In this document: piece after piece, positions 63,729 to 64,000 of the stretch
Layout: each line of letters opens with the position of its first letter
How positions within the stretch are numbered: the first letter of the stretch is position 1
IMG/VR virus record: IMGVR_UViG_3300017605_001488
Coordinates: 1-64,000 of that record
Length of the DNA: 64,000 bases
Strand: one strand, 5' to 3'
DNA from: a virus
Made by a program: the position numbers and the translations under genes
The notes under the pieces: generated by a model
Databases searched by the model: none
Seen by the model: the letters and a program-made list of their open reading frames with translations, nothing else
Told to the model about the DNA's origin: nothing

Positions 63729-64000
63729 ACCACCGCCGTTTCGAGTCGATACTTGATCGTCTGGTTGCCTACGAGCTGCGACACATCGACCGCGCCGTCA
63801 CGGATGATGAGCGTGCGCCCCGGGTACAACGTGCGCCGGTATCGAACCGCGTTGATGGCCCACGAAAACACCCAATAGACGACGCCCGACACCATGTTGC
63901 CGTCGGCGGTGTCGCGACACGCGCGCACGATTCCACCGTCGGGTTGGACCGTGTCGCCCGTGAGCAGCGCCGGCGGACGCACGTGCGCCGTGAACCGCAC
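63725..64000 (-). CDS. Virion structural protein, C-terminal fragment
   Basis: Open to the window edge; coupled to the baseplate gene. Confidence 0.5.
   Translation of the reverse strand: MRFTAHVRPPALLTGDTVQPDGGIVRACRDTADGNMVSGVVYWVFSWAINAVRYRRTLYPGRTLIIRDGAVDVSQLVGNQTIKYRLETAVV

Noticed and set aside
1-64000. Reverse transcriptase, retron, DGR, intron/intein or transposase
   Set aside because: No YxDD RT motif, TR/VR pair, intein termini or DDE transposase recognised by eye; terL, polA and the helicases appear uninterrupted.

Overview
This is a high-GC, gene-dense segment of a tailed dsDNA phage, probably a myovirus given the P2 gpI-like baseplate protein. The host is uncertain; Cys-rich and collagen-like lipoproteins loosely suggest a Myxococcota-like Gram-negative bacterium. 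Nearly all genes are on the minus strand. Reading in that direction (right to left): baseplate/tail genes; a membrane-protein, papain-peptidase and lipoprotein cassette; a short plus-strand island (Holliday junction resolvase, SLT-like lysin); a putative early region (MoxR AAA+, DUF2201/VWA) marked by a five-copy promoter motif; a full replication/recombination block (SF2 helicase, initiator-like protein with an internal iteron-type origin, DnaB-like helicase, primase, UDG-fused PolA, UvsY-like, gp32-like SSB, SbcCD); a divergent QueE and a GH25 lysin; about 30 kb of small ORFs including ParB-MTase-SpeD, an ECF sigma, a Dam-like MTase, dCMP deaminase, a MazG-like enzyme and RNase H; terminase large subunit; and the start of a PBSX-type portal. 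I saw no integrase, tRNA, rRNA or CRISPR array. Best novelty candidates: (1) a structured ~250-nt intergenic RNA whose GGCGUGAC(GG) segment is complementary to a box shared by the leaders of terL, the ParB-MTase-SpeD operon and the SLT lysin; (2) a translationally coupled ParB, DNA MTase and SAM decarboxylase operon (possible aminopropyl-type DNA modification); (3) a dispersed family of about 15 small paralogues sharing a P-x-W...D...A...RL(G) helical module; (4) a QueE homologue with altered cluster and substrate motifs. All assignments come from motif recognition by eye. No searches were run, and many start codons were re-picked from RBS or stop/start overlaps.
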